From Macrostomum lignano (Eukaryota): a stretch of 32,145 nt of DNA. Shown piece by piece: positions 8,095 to 22,123 of the stretch (its first letter is position 1; the number at the start of each line of letters is the position of its first letter). The notes beneath the pieces are model-generated. The model saw nothing but the letters and a program-made list of their open reading frames with translations. It searched no databases and was not told the origin of the DNA. The DNA is taken from the NCBI GenBank assembly GCA_002269645.1, contig NIVC01004100.1, positions 1 to 32,145 on the forward strand. The letters are read 5' to 3'. Both the position numbers and the translations under genes were made by a program.

Positions 8095-11006
8095 CTGGAG
8101 TGACAAGAGAGTCAATCAAAGACACAGTTGGGGTGACAAGTGAAGAGAGTCAATCAAAGACACAGTTGGAGTGACAAGTGAAGAGAGTCAATCAAAGACA
8201 CAGTTGGGGTGACAAGTGAAGAGAGTCAATCAAAGACACAGTTGGGGTGACAAGTGAAGAGAGTCAATCAAAGACACAGTTGGGGTGACAAGTGAAGAGA
8301 GTCAATCAAAGACACAGTTGGGGTGACAAGTGAAGAGAGTCAATCAAAGACACAGTTGGGGTGACAAGTGAAGAGAGTCAATCAAAGACACAGTTGGGGT
8401 GACAAGTGAAGAGAGTCAATCAAAGACACAGTTGGGGTGACAAGTGAAGAGAGTCAATCAAAGACACAGTTGGGGTGACAAGTGAAGAGAGTCAATCAAA
8501 GACACAGTTGGGGTGACAAGTGAAGAGAGTCAATCAAAGACACAGTTGGGGTGACAAGTGAAGAGAGTCAATCAAAGACACACTTGGGGTGACAAGTGAA
8601 GAGAGTCAATCAAAGACACAGTTGGGGTGACAAGAGAGTCAATCAAAGACACAGTTGGGGTGACAAGAGAGTCAACCGAAGACACAGTTGGAGTGACAAG
8701 AGAGTCAACCAAAGACACAGTTGGAGTGACAAGAGAGTCAACCAAAGACACAGTTGGAGTGACAAGAGAGTCAATCAAAGACACAGTTGGAGTGACAAGA
8801 GAGTCAATCAAAGACAGAATTGGAGTGACAAGAGAGTCAATCAAAGACAGAATTGGAGTGACAAGAGAGTCAATCAAAGACACAGTTGGAGTGACAAGAG
8901 AGTCAACCAAAGACACAGTTGGAGTGACAAGAGAGTCAACCAAAGACACAGTTGGAGTGACAAGAGAGTCAACCGAAGACACAGTTGGAGTGACAAGAGA
9001 GCAACCGAAGACACAGTTGGAGTGACAAGAGAGTCAACCAAAGACACAGTTGGAGTGACAAGAGAGTCAACCAAAGACACAGTTGGAGTGACAAGAGAGT
9101 CAACCGAAGACACAGTTGGAGTGACAAGAGAGTCAACCAAAGACACAGTTGGAGTGACAGGAGAGTCAATCAAAGACAGAATTGGAGTGACAAGAGAGTC
9201 AATCAAAGACACAGTTGGAGTGACAAGAAAGTCAATCAAAGACAGAATTGGAGTGACAAGAGTGTCAATCAAAGACACAGTTGGAGTGACAAGAGAGTCA
9301 ATCAAAGACAGAATTGGAGTGACAAGAGAGTCAATCAAAGACAGAATTGGAGTGACAAGAGAGTCAATCAAAGACACAGTTGGAGTGACAAGAGAGTCAA
9401 CCAAAGACACAGTTGGAGTGACAAGAGAGTCAACCAAAGACACAGTTGGAGTGACAAGAGAGTCAACCGAAGACACAGTTGGAGTGACAAGAGAGCAACC
9501 GAAGACACAGTTGGAGTGACAAAAGAGTCAACCAAAGACACAGTTGGAGTGACAAGAGAGTCAACCAAAGACACAGTTGGAGTGACAAGAGAGTCAACCG
9601 AAGACACAGTTGGAGTGACAAGAGAGTCAACCAAAGACACAGTTGGAGTGACAGGAGAGTCAATCAAAGACAGAATTGGAGTGACAAGAGAGTCAATCAA
9701 AGACACAGTTGGAGTGACAAGAAAGTCAATCAAAGACAGAATTGGAGTGACAAGAGTGTCAATCAAAGACACAGTTGGAGTGACAAGAGAGTCAATTAAA
9801 GACAGTTGGAGTGACAAGAAAGTCAATCAAAGACACAGTTGGAGTGACAAGAGAGTCAACCAAAGACACAGTTGGAGTGACAAGAGAGTCAATCAAAGAC
9901 ACAGTTGGAGTGACAAGAGAGTCAATCAAAGACAGAATTGGAGTGACAAGAGAGTCAATCAAAGACAGAATTGGAGTGACAAGAGTGTCAATCAAAGACA
10001 CAGTTGGAGTGACAAGAGAGTCAACCAAAGACACAGTTGGAGTGACAAGAGAGTCAATCAACGACACAGTTGGAGTGACAACAGAGTCAATCAAAGACAC
10101 AGTTGGGGTGACAAGTGAAGAGAGTCAATCAAAGACACAGTTGGGGTGACAAGTGAAGAGAGTCAATCAAAGACACAGTTGGGGTGACAAGTGAAGAGAG
10201 TCAATCAAAGACACAGTTGGGGTGACAAGTGAAGAGAGTCAATCAAAGACACAGTTGGGGTGACAAGTGAAGAGAGTCAATCAAAGACACAGTTGGGGTG
10301 ACAAGTGAAGACAGTCAATCAAAGACACAGTTGGGGTGACAAGTGAAGAGAGTCAATCAAAGACACAGTTGGGGTGACAAGTGAAGAGAGTCAATCAAAG
10401 ACACAGTTGGGGTGACAAGTGAAGAGAGTCAATCAAAGACACAGTTGGGGTGACAAGTGAAGAGAGTCAATCAAAGACACAGTTGGGGTGACAAGTGAAG
10501 AGAGTCAATCAAAGACACAGTTGGGGTGACAAGTGAAGAGAGTCAATCAAAGACACAGTTGGGTGACAAGTGAAGAGAGTCAATCAAAGACACAGTTGGG
10601 GTGACAAGTGAAGAGAGTCAATCAAAGACACAGTTGGGGTGACAAGAGAGTCAATCAAAGACACAGATGGGGTGACAAGTGAAGAGAGTCAATCAAAGAC
10701 ACAGTTGGGGTGACAAGAGAGTCAATCAAAGACACAGTTGGGGTGACAAGTGAAGAGAGTCAATCAAAGACACAGTTGGGGTGACAAGTGAAGAGAGTCA
10801 ATCAAAGACACAGTTGGGGTGACAAGTGAAGAGAGTCAATCAAAGACACAGTTGGGGTGACAAGTGAAGAGAGTCAATCAAAGACACAGTTGGGGTGACA
10901 AGTGAAGAGAGTCAATCAAAGACACAGTTGGAGTGACAAGAGAGTCAATCAAAGACACAGTTGGAGTGACAAGAGAGTCAATCAAAGACAGAATTGGAGT
11001 GACAAC
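8095..11006. repeat. 33/38-bp satellite (GAGTCAATCAAAGACACAGTTGG[A/G]GTGACAAG[TGAAG]A)n in LRRC61 intron 4
   Basis: 38-bp units at about 8130-8625 and 10100-10920. 33-bp units at about 8627-10100 and at both outer edges. Confidence 0.97.
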
Positions 11007-11533
11007 AGAGTGAGTGGAGAGCACTAGTAACAATCGAATCACGAACAGGGAATAGTAAACATAGGTAATTTGCAATCAGAAAACTTTCTATTAAACTAAA
11101 AAAACACAGAAACAGTTGGATGCAATAATCAAAATCAGAAGTGTGCGGCTAAAACTGATCAGATAATATCCATGAAGGAGTACAGAAGATGGAATTAGCA
11201 GCAGAGCAATAAACCAAGGCTAATTATTGCTATTATTCCATACATAGACTCGTACAAGTATCTGACTGCTGGGTCGTCAGCTGTCGGCTAGCGGTAACTT
11301 CTGCCTCATTGAAGAGGTCAATCGCAATTTCAAAAAGGTACAGAACTAGAATAATATAGCAAGGTAGAGAGCATTAAACCTGGAAATAGCTTCTCCATTG
11401 ACAGCGGAGTCTGGCTGGGCTGCCAAGGCTGAAAAAATGAATTGCCATTTTAGCTGCTTATAAACTGAGACCCACCGTCCACCGTTCAGGTTGCTCAGCT
11501 TTGTGCTACTCAAAATCCTGGACTGAGTCTCAC

Positions 11534-11602
11534 CTGACAGGGCCTGGTCGATTTGCCGGCAGAGCTGATAGTAGGAGTCTCCCGAGCCCCGAACTCGGAT
11601 GC
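11534..11602 (-). CDS. LRRC61: LRRC61-like exon 4 (69 nt; absent from the ORF track)
   Basis: AACCGCAG|11602 to CAG|GTGAGA. Reads (G)IRVRGSGDSYYQLCRQIDQALS, resembling GERVIGRGSEFYQLCRDLDSSL. Confidence 0.88.
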
Positions 11603-11654
11603 CTGCGGTTGCGAGGGCGGCAGAAGTGCAGTTTTATGTGCAGCAGTGAGTGAG

Positions 11655-11990
11655 TTGCTAATCTAGCCCACAAGGATGCAGGAATAGAATGGATTGCTAA
11701 TCTAGCCCACAAGGATGCAGGAAAAGAATGGATTGCTAATCTAGCCCACAAGGATGCAGGAATAGAATGGATTGCTAATCTAGCTCACAAGGATGCAGGA
11801 ATAGAATGGATTTCTAATCTAGCCCACAAGGATGCAGAAATACAATGGATTGCTAATCTAGCTCACAAGGATGCAGAAATACAATGGATTGCTAATCTAG
11901 CTCACAAGGATGCAGAAATACAATGGATTGCTAATCTAGCTCACAAGGATGCAGAAATACAATGGATTGCTAATCTAGCCCACAAGGATG
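11655..11990. repeat. 39-bp minisatellite (GGATTGCTAATCTAGCCCACAAGGATGCAGGAATAGAAT)n filling LRRC61 intron 3
   Basis: About 8.5 copies in a 426-bp intron. Confidence 0.96.
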
Positions 11991-12028
11991 AGGCGTCAGT
12001 CCTACTTATATGAATTCCCCAGCCTCAC

Positions 12029-12180
12029 CGTCCAGGCAGCTGAGCTGGGGCAGCAAATCCAGGATTTTGTCGGCATAGCCAGCTGAGAGGCAGATGGGAT
12101 TAGTGAGGTCACGGGATCTGTCCTGCAGCTGCAGCGACTCCAGGTTAGCCAAGTCTGTCAGGGAGTGCAGATCCTCGGTG
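12029..12180 (-). CDS. LRRC61: LRRC61-like exon 3 (last LRR and LRR cap)
   Basis: CAG|12180 to G|GTGAG, with phases 2 and 1 consistent with neighbouring exons. TEDLHSLTDLANLESLQLQDRSRDLTNPICLSAGYADKILDLLPQLSCLDG resembles LQCLAGLPCLEYLRLRD..LSNPLC..YWAAVRELLPGLKVIDG. Confidence 0.88.
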
Positions 12181-12339
12181 CTGGGTGAGGCAGGATTTGG
12201 GATATTAAGGTTAACGTAAGGATATGACAAATCCAGGAATAGGTGTTTAGCATCAGAACAAGCTATCCTGCATAGTTTCTGCTACTAATAATAAGCTTGT
12301 GCCTGCAGTACCAAAAATTGCGGCAAACGAGTGAAAGGG

Positions 12340-13095
12340 AGGGTGAATGGAAGATGAGAAAAAAGAGGGGAGATGAAGAGGCAAGAACAGGGAGAGATAA
12401 GAGAGAAGAAAGAGTTACCTAGCTTAAAAGTTAGATAGTGAGTCAGTTGGTTAGACTTTCACATCGTGATGAGAGTAGAAAGAATAGAAGAGGAGGGAGG
12501 AAAGGAGAGGGAGGAGAGAGGAGATAAGAGAGTAGAGAGAAGAGTAGAGTAGAGAAAAGAGAGGAGAGGAGAGAGGAGAGGAGAGAGGAGAGAAAAGAGG
12601 AGAGAGAAGAGGAGAGGAGAAAGGAGAGGAGAGAGAAGAGAGAAGAGGGGAAAGTAGAGAGAGAGGATAGAGATGAGGGGAGAGAGAAGAGGGGAGAGAG
12701 AAGAGAGGAGAGGAGAGGAGAGAGAGGAGAGAGAAGAGAGAAGAGGGAGAGAGAAGAGGAGAGAGGAGAGGAGAGGAGAGGAGAGAGAGGAGAGAGGAGA
12801 GAGAAGAGGGGAGAGAGAAGAGAGAGGAGAGGAGAGGAGAGAGAGGAGAGAGGAGAGAGAAGAGGGGAGAGAGAAGAGAGAGGAGAGGAGAGGAGAGAGA
12901 GGAGAGAGGAGAGAGAAGGGGAGAGAGAAGAGAGAGGAGAGGAGAGGAGAGAGAGGAGAGAGGAGAGAGAAGAGGGGAGAGAGAAGAGGGGAGAGAGAAG
13001 AGAGAGGAGAGGAGAGGAGAGGAGAGAGAGGAGAGAGGAGAGAGAAGAGGGGAGAGAGAAGAGAAGAGAGGAGAGGAGAGGAGAGAGGAGAGAGC
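12340..13095. repeat. (GAGAG/GAGAA)n polypurine tract
   Basis: Essentially only A and G from about 12560 to 13090. Confidence 0.95.
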
Positions 13096-14205
13096 AGAGA
13101 CTGGGGATGCAGAGAAATGTTAGTTAAAGCGGGACAAAGGCGGCAGGGAGGCCACAGAAGCCAGCGGCAATCTATCAGCTGGGCGGCAGTCTGAGAGGCG
13201 GTGCCGCACTCCAGCCCTAGAGGGGGCTGGCCAGTTGCTATGATTACGCAATCATTTGGCAGGCATAAAGCGCCACTCTTTGACCCCCGCCCGATCGAGA
13301 GCGTATGCGGGCAGGGAACGCAGAATTAATAGAATCACAGTGCGGCCCAGCAGGAATTCTGTGACGGCGGCCGGGGATTAATTGAAACAGAAAGAGTGAA
13401 GGGAGGAAAGTCATAAAAACACTATGGGATGGGGGTAGGGGATGGCCGACAAAGAGCCGGGGGTAGGCAAGGCACTAAGGGAAATTGGAGCCCATTGTAG
13501 CACTTCTTTGGCCGGTGTCAAGCGGCACAATACAGATATAGGTTGTGTATACATCACAGATCAGGGGCGGGGCATCAAAGCCAGGCGGCAGTCAGGCTAG
13601 TATGGCTATGGCTAATAATTCATGTGCAGGAACGAGTTTGGACAGGTCAAAGCCGTCCAGAAACCAAGCGGCAAGGTGTGGCCAGAGGGCAACCGGGGGG
13701 ACGACGACAAATATTTACAACTAGCGGTGGCTTCGAATCAACTTGGACTGCACGAGAGGGGAGACTGGAGAGAGAGAGAGAGAGTTAAACCGGCCGCGCC
13801 AATGCATAGAGACAACAGACAGTGGGCCGCGCGCGGACTTCCCAAGACTGGATTGGAGGCAATATTTGAGTCGATCAATCAATCGCCCCCCATTCTCTCT
13901 TCCATATCCATCCCCTTTTTTCTGCCCAAAGCCGGTGGGAGAGAGGCGTCATTGCGTCTTGGGACATGCGGTTTATTGGATTCTGCTGAAGCCCGATTTT
14001 CCCATTTTATTCTGACTAAGTTGCGAATAAAATGCAATAAAATTTCCGGTCACGGAAATCGGGACTTAACTGAACTATATAGCTCGTAGAGCCGGTGATG
14101 ATCCCTATGACAATAGATCTAAGGTTTTAGAAAAAAAATGCTAATTAATCAGTTTAAAGGCAGGAAAAAATTCAAAATAGAGGAAAAGATGGAGAGTGAC
14201 AATGG

Positions 14206-14974
<769 letters not shown>

Positions 14975-15384
14975 TCTGCACTGGCTGTCCGGAACTTCGC
15001 AGCAAACCGCCACTCTGCTACCCCGCATTTTCAAGCGGCCATAAAATCTTGCAACCAATTGGTGGAATAAAAAAAGCAGACAACGGAGGCAGAATCGCAG
15101 GTGCGAAGCAAACCCAGCAAAACCTACAGAGCTATAACTCATGCTGACCCTGCAGGCAGCCCGCAGCACTGATGATGATATGAAGAGTATCAAAAATTAG
15201 ATGCTTTTATTATTCCATTAGGCTTGTGCAGGTATTCAAATTCACTGCCGAAAAATTATTTCGTTACGTTTCAGTTGAATGAAGTCAGAAATTTATCTAA
15301 GTTTTTCCTTCTGGGATGAATTAATAAACAAAGGGATTCAGTCGCATTCCCCAAACCACATTTGGATCCTGGCTGTATCTTTGT

Positions 15385-16490
15385 GATCCCCATTCCAAAA
15401 TCCCAACAGGGATATCATTCGACAACCCCCCATGAGATCCTCATCTCATAATCCCAATAGGATCCCCATCCCACAATCCCAATGAGATCCCCATCCCACA
15501 ATTCCAAAAGGATCCCCATCCCACAATTCCAAAAGGATCCCCATCCCACAATCCCAAAAGGATCCCCATCCCAAAATTCCAATGAGATCCCCATCCCACA
15601 ATTCCAAAAGGATCCCCATCCCACAATCCCAGTAGGATCCCCATCCCACAATCCAAATAGGATCCCCATCCCACAACTACAATAGGATCCCCATCCCACA
15701 ATCTCAATGGGATCCCCATCCCAAAATCCCAATGAGATCCCCATCCCACAATCCCAATGGGATCCCCTCCCATCCCACAATCCCAATAGGATCCCCATTT
15801 CACAATCCCAATGAGATCCCCATCCCACAATCCCAAAGAGATCCCCATCCCACAATCCAAATAGGATCCCCATCCCACAATCCCAATAGGATCCCCATTT
15901 CACAATCCCAATGAGATCCCCATCCCACAATCCCAGTAGGATCCCCATCCCACAATCCAAATAGGATCCCCATCCCACAACTACAATAGGATCCCCATCC
16001 CACAATCTCAATGGGATCCCCATCCCAAAATCCCAATGAGATCCCCATCCCACAATCCCAATGGGATCCCCATCCCAAAATTCCAATGAGATCCCCATCC
16101 CACAATTCCAAAAGGATCCCCATCCCACAATCCCAGTAGGATCCCCATCCCACAATCCAAATAGGATCCCCATCCCACAACTACAATAGGATCCCCATTT
16201 CACAATCCCAATGAGATCCCCATCCCACAATCCCAATGGGATCCCCTCCCATCCCACAATCCCAATAGGATCCCCATTTCACAATCCCAATGAGATCCCC
16301 ATCCCACAATCCCAAAGAGATCCCCATCCCACAATCCCAAAGAGATCCCCATCCCACAATCCCAAAGGGATCCCCATCCCACAATCCCAATGAGATCCCC
16401 ATCCCACAATCCCAAAGAGATCCCCATCCCACAATCCCAAAGGGATCCCCATCCCACAATCCCAATGAGATCCCCATAAATGAATCCCAA
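15385..16490. repeat. 25-bp minisatellite (GATCCCCATCCCACAATCCCAAT[A/G]G)n
   Basis: About 43 copies with recurring variant blocks. Confidence 0.96.
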
Positions 16491-17074
16491 TGATGAATAG
16501 CCGCACAATACTTATCCCAACGCCCATTTGACAAGAATCCCCCACAGAACGCACCTTCGCTAACCCTCCCCACTCTCTGTACGCTATAGCAACAATAGCA
16601 AGCGAAAGCATTGATGTTGCAGACAAGCGCCGCAAGCAACAATCCTGGCCTGCGGAACTGCACAGACGTGAATGATGCAGATTTAGTAGCCAGGAGATGA
16701 ATCGTAAAGAAATAAGGTACTACCTGGGATTGGGATGGATTTGGGATAACAAAACATGCGGCGCTTCCCACAGCCCAGCTGCCAAAGTTGAAGCCCGGAA
16801 CAAGATGATGCAGACTGGGACAGGGCAGGTAGCCGGGGTAAATTCGTCTGCGCAGCTTCGAATAAAAAATGGATCGACGCCGCTGGCCTCTTCATATTTC
16901 TTTTTTTGCAGTGATATCCGCCAGCGCCTATATATTAGACGCATCCATGGACTCCTGAACGTAGTGGTGTCTGGATTAGAAGCAAAAAACGAGGAGGTTT
17001 CACCGGACTTAAGTTTCACACTGGCTAAACTTCACCAGACCTAAGTTTCACACTCAACGCTCACGGGGAATAAC

Positions 17075-17480
17075 TGAGATGTCAAGGCTAAAGTCAGAAG
17101 CTACATGTAGTTTATTGAAAACTTTTTATTACATTATTTGTTGGGGGGGGGGGTTCGCTGATAGAAGTATCATGTCGAAGTTAAGAGATTCATTTGGGAA
17201 TCGCTGCGAGGTCAAGGCTTGGAGAGAATCGCAATAATGCTGTAATGCTATAATGACTCTTGGGGAGAAATACTGAAATGTCAATGCATTAGGGTTAGGG
17301 TTAGGGTTAGTAGCCCAGAAGGTTGACAGATTTTTTAAGATTTCAAGGCTTATTGGGGTCAGCGCTGATATGTTGAGGGAAAGTTAATATGTTAAGGCTT
17401 GTGGGGGGAATTGCTGACATGTCAAGGCTTAACAAAGGATTTCTGAGGTTATTACAATGAGACGCTACATGTAGTTTATT
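17075..17480. repeat. Degenerate repeat region (recurrent TCAAGGCT motif, 17-bp direct repeat GCTACATGTAGTTTATT at 17100 and 17464, (TTAGGG)3 at about 17290)
   Basis: T[C/T]AAGGCT at about 17082, 17213, 17343, 17392 and 17423. Confidence 0.6.
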
Positions 17481-18264
17481 TAAAGACTTGTACTGCATTT
17501 TCTGGCTCCCCAACGGGGGGCGCTGATTGCTAGTATCGCCTAAAAATCAAATCAGTGCTCCAGTTGAAAACGCCAAAACTTTATAAAAGACCTAAATCTG
17601 ACCTAAATTATGAAAGTGTTAACTTGAAAAATTTTCAGTAGAACTTGTAAATAGTGCTCAAATCTAGAGTTCAAATAGTGTTCAAAATCTCGATGGGAAA
17701 AAAAACTTTCTGCATCGCAATTCCCACTGTCCGAGAAAGCCTTCGCATAGAAGGATTTAATCAAGTTCCCCGACCATCGAGTTTCGCTCCTAGTCCAGGT
17801 GTTCAATCCAGCAGTCCACGAACCCAGCCGGCAAGGCAAAAAAGGAAAGAGAGCAAAAAGCGAAAGGGGAAAAACCTGCTGGGATTGTAAAATCCCGGAG
17901 GTAAATTGGGAAAAGATTGAATATGCGGTCAAGGTGGATGGGGGCTGGAGCGTGGAGAGCCCCGCAATCTGGTTTTGTTCAATGATCAAATCCATGGCTC
18001 CACTCCTGCCTGCCTTCCCAACTAGCATGGGAAAATTCTCCCCAAGCCTCTCTGGTCCGTTGTCTGTCCAATTGATCTCGTAATAGGGGCGGCGCATGGA
18101 TATAGATAAAAAGAATGGGGATACAGCTAGGTCTGTCTGGGCATCTCCCGCCAGCCGAATGTCTATCTGCCAATACTTGCGTGCATATAGCATTCCTGCG
18201 TGACCGGCACTTCCTTCTTTTTGGAATCCATGCTCAATGCACATGGAATTGCTGTCCAAGATCC

Positions 18265-19760
18265 TTGGGATCCTCATCCCACAGTCTATAGGGATCCTCA
18301 TCCCACAGTCTATAGGGATCCTCATCCCACAGTCTATAGGGATCCTCATCCCACAGTCTATAGGGATCCTCACCCCAGTCTATAGGGATGCTCATCCCAG
18401 TCTATAGGGATGCTCACCCCAGTCTATAGGGATCCTCACCCCAGTCTATAGGGATGCTCATCCCAGTCTATAGGGATGCTCATCCCAGTCTATAGGGATC
18501 CTCACCCCAGTCTATAGGGATGCTCATCCCAGTCTATAGGGATGCTCATCCCAGTCTATAGGGATGCTCATCCCAGTCTATAGGGATGCTCATCCCAGTC
18601 TATAGGGATGCTCATCCCAGTCTATAGGGATGCTCATCCCACAGTCTATAGGGATCCTCATCCCACAGTCTATAGGGATCCTCACCCCAGTTTATAGGGA
18701 TGCTCATCCCAGTCTATAGGGATGCTCATCCCAGTCTATAGGGATGCTCATCCCAGTCTATAGGGATGCTCATCCCAGTCTATAGGGATGCTCATCCCAG
18801 TCTATAGGGATGCTCATCCCAGTCTATAGGGATGCTCATCCCACAGTCTATAGGGATCCTCATCCCACAGTCTATAGGGATCCTCACCCCAGTCTATAGG
18901 GATGCTCATCCCAGTCTATAGGGATGCTCATCCCAGTCTATAGGGATGCTCATCCCAGTCTATAGGGAAGCTCATCCCACAGTCTATAGGGATCCTCATC
19001 CCACAGTCTATAGGGATCCTCATCCCACAGTCTATAGGGATCCTCACCCCAGTCTATAGGGATGCTCATCCCAGTCTATAGGGATGCTCATCCCAGTCTA
19101 TAGGGATGCTCATCCCACAGTCTATAGGGATCCTCATCCCACAGTCTATAGGGATCCTCACCCCAGTTTATAGGGATGCTCATCCCAGTCTATAGGGATG
19201 CTCATCCCAGTCTATAGGGATGCTCATCCCAGTCTATAGGGATGCTCATCCCAGTCTATAGGGATGCTCATCCCACAGTCTATAGGGATGCTCATCCCAC
19301 AGTCTATAGGGATCCTCATCCCACAGTCTATAGGGATCCTCACCCCAGTTTATAGGGATGCTCATCCCAGTCTATAGGGATGCTCATCCCAGTCTATAGG
19401 GATGCTCATCCCAGTCTATAGGGATGCTCATCCCAGTCTATAGGGATGCTCATCCCAGTCTATAGGGATGCTCATCCCAGTCTATAGGGATGCTCATCCC
19501 AGTCTATAGGGATGCTCATCCCAGTCTATAGGGATGCTCATCCCACAGTCTATAGGGATCCTCATCCCACAGTCTATAGGGATCCTCATCCCACAGTCTA
19601 TAGGGATCCTCACCCCAGTCTATAGGGATGCTCATCGCAGTCTATAGGGATGCTCATCCCAGTCTATAGGGATCCTCACCCCACAGTCTATAGGGATGCT
19701 CACCCCACAGTCTATAGGGATCCTCATCCCACAGTCTATAGGGACGCCCATCCCAAAAGT
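18265..19760. repeat. 22/24-bp quasi-palindromic minisatellite (GGGATGCTCATCCCAGTCTATA / GGGATCCTCATCCCACAGTCTATA)n
   Basis: About 65 copies. Confidence 0.97.
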
Positions 19761-19784
19761 CTCTGGATCAAAAGACAATCCTTA

Positions 19785-20150
19785 AGGATCACAGGACACA
19801 ATCCATAGTAATCACAGGACACAATCCTTGGGATCACACGACACAATCCTTGGGATCGCAGGACTCAATCCATAGGGATCACAGGACACAATCCATAGGG
19901 ATCACAGGACACAATCCATAGGGATCACAGGACACAATCCATAGGAATCACAGGACACAATCCATAGGGATCACAGGATACAATACATAGGGATCACAGG
20001 ATACAATACATAGGGATCACAGGATACAATCCATAGGGATCACAGGACACAATCCATATGAATCACAGGATACAATCCATAGGGATCACAGGACACAATC
20101 CATAGGGATCACAGGACACAATCCATAGGGATCACAGGACACAATCCTTG
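19785..20150. repeat. 23-bp minisatellite (GGGATCACAGGACACAATCCATA)n
   Basis: About 15 copies, contiguous with the 22/24-bp array. Confidence 0.95.
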
Positions 20151-20989
20151 TACCCCATACGGTTCACTCGCAGCCGCATCTTATTCACACACAGCCCGGG
20201 CACAGCTGCACTTTCACATTCACAGGCGCATCGCTGCAACTGCACTGCATGCAGTCAGGGAAGTGAAGGCAATGCTGGTTGGCAAGAAACACCCAGAGGT
20301 GCCGCCCAGTGCACAGGGAAATCAGCCAAGGCCTCAGGCTTTGAATGCTAATTAGACAGACAGAGGGAGGCGGGCATAGCGTATTTTGCCTCCCAGAGAG
20401 TCAGCGGCGCCTTTTATCATTCCAGAGCTTCGGAATGCGCACAGACAGAGGAGACTGCGATTGCGATGGGAAAACTTGGCAGCAGAAGAATCCTCAGACT
20501 GTGTCGTCGTTGGAAACGCGACAAAAAGAGAGACTTCAGACCGTCCCCCGAATCTATTAGCGGGAAGAATTTGCCGTGAAAATGGGATGAAAAAACCCCG
20601 ACTGCGGGAGAAAATAGCTTTCAAATTGGGCCGCCAAGCCGCGGTAGGCAAAGCGATCGGGATTTATATTGCGCAATCGATCTCAATTTGAAAGTCTGCT
20701 GCGGTCATAAATTTATTAAGGCGGCAATAAATACGTCAGTTTGCTTTTAAAAGCTTTGCAAGACGGCTATTTGCATCATAGCTATCGCATCATAAAGGTT
20801 GAACGCAGCCACTCGAAAAAAGCCATGAAAAACTGGCAGTCAGCTTAGATACAACAATACGATAATGTATAACGACAGGCATAGCGGGACTGGTCCAAAT
20901 GAATGGGGGCGCGGGGCGACCAGAGGGGAGACATAGGAAGAGACTGACTGAAGATGAAGTTATAGAGATGTAGGGGGCGATGTTTGAGA

Positions 20990-21482
20990 TATGCAGGGAG
21001 ATAGAATGCAGAAAGAGGAGACGCAGAGAGAGGAGATACAGGGAGAAGAGATGCAGAGAGAGGAGATGTAGGGAGAAGAGATGCAGGCAGAGGAGATGCA
21101 GGCAGAGGAGATGCAGGCAGAGGAGATGCAAGGAGATAAGCTGCAGGAGAGGAGATGCAGGCAAAGGAGATGCAGGGAGAGGAGATGCAGGCAGAGGAGA
21201 TGCAGGCAGAGGAGAGGCATAGAGAGGAGATGCAGGCAGAGGAGATGCAAGGAGATAAGCTGCAGGGAGAGGAGATGCAGGCAAAGGAGATGCAGGGAGA
21301 GGAGATGCAGGCAGAGGAGATGCAGGCAAAGGAGATGCAGGGAGGAGATGCAGGCAGAGGAGATGCAGGGAGATGAGCTGCAGGGAGAGGAGATGCAGGC
21401 AAAGGAGATGCAGGGAGAGGAGATGCAGGCAGAGGAGATGCAGGGAGATGAGCTACAGGGAGAGGAGATGTAGGCAGAGGAG
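20990..21482. repeat. About 15-bp purine-rich minisatellite (GCAGGCAGAGGAGAT)n
   Basis: About 32 variable copies. Confidence 0.92.
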
Positions 21483-22123
21483 AGCAGTTAGTGATAAGAG
21501 ACACACTCAAGCAATCCGGAGTAATTACAGAGAGAACTGCAGCCAAGCGTCAAACAAGCGGCCATCAGCAGTTTAAAAGCTCGTGAGCTGGCACTGAAAA
21601 ATGCTAGACTGGAGCTCAGTGTGACCAGGGGCCATAAAAGTAGATATTGCGCAATAAAACTCATTGTTATGCCTTCCCTTTCCAGCTTCGCCCAGTCAAG
21701 TGAAGTTGCGGTATGAAATTCCCTGATGCAGCAAAGAACTTTTAAATCTCTGCAGCTCACGCAAGCGGCTTAGAATTATGGCAGCCATGCAGAACCATAA
21801 TAAAATTTAGACAACGGATGTTAGGGCCAGTGTTTGTAGGAAATATCCTCATCTAGTTTTAGAAAATCTAACATAAAGCTTTAATGAAGGTTAGGGTGGA
21901 ATTATTTCTTAGGACACGTATTTTTAAATCATCCAGTAGATGGATTCGATAGCAGAGGGGCCAGTGCATTTGCTACCAGCGATGCAAGTTAAGCAGCAGT
22001 GGCCGCGGTTAGCACTTAGTTTGAAGGGGTTTTGGACCTTGCCGCCAATTTCAAGATGACAGTTTGACCTGCAGCGCATTCCGCTGACTTCTCTGTGTGC
22101 ACCCTCTGTGAATTGGAGGTGGG

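Noticed and set aside
8095-11006. CRISPR array interpretation of the 33/38-bp, 39-bp or 30-bp repeats
   Set aside because: Units are head-to-tail with no unique spacers, there are no cas genes, and the context is intronic and eukaryotic.
14095-14101. C/D snoRNA (GTGATGA C box)
   Set aside because: No downstream CTGA D box or terminal stem, and it is antisense to the host intron.
17603-18373. 256-aa minus-strand ORF (possible transposase remnant)
   Set aside because: It starts inside a satellite and has no recognisable motif. A tBLASTn/HMM search would be needed to revive it.
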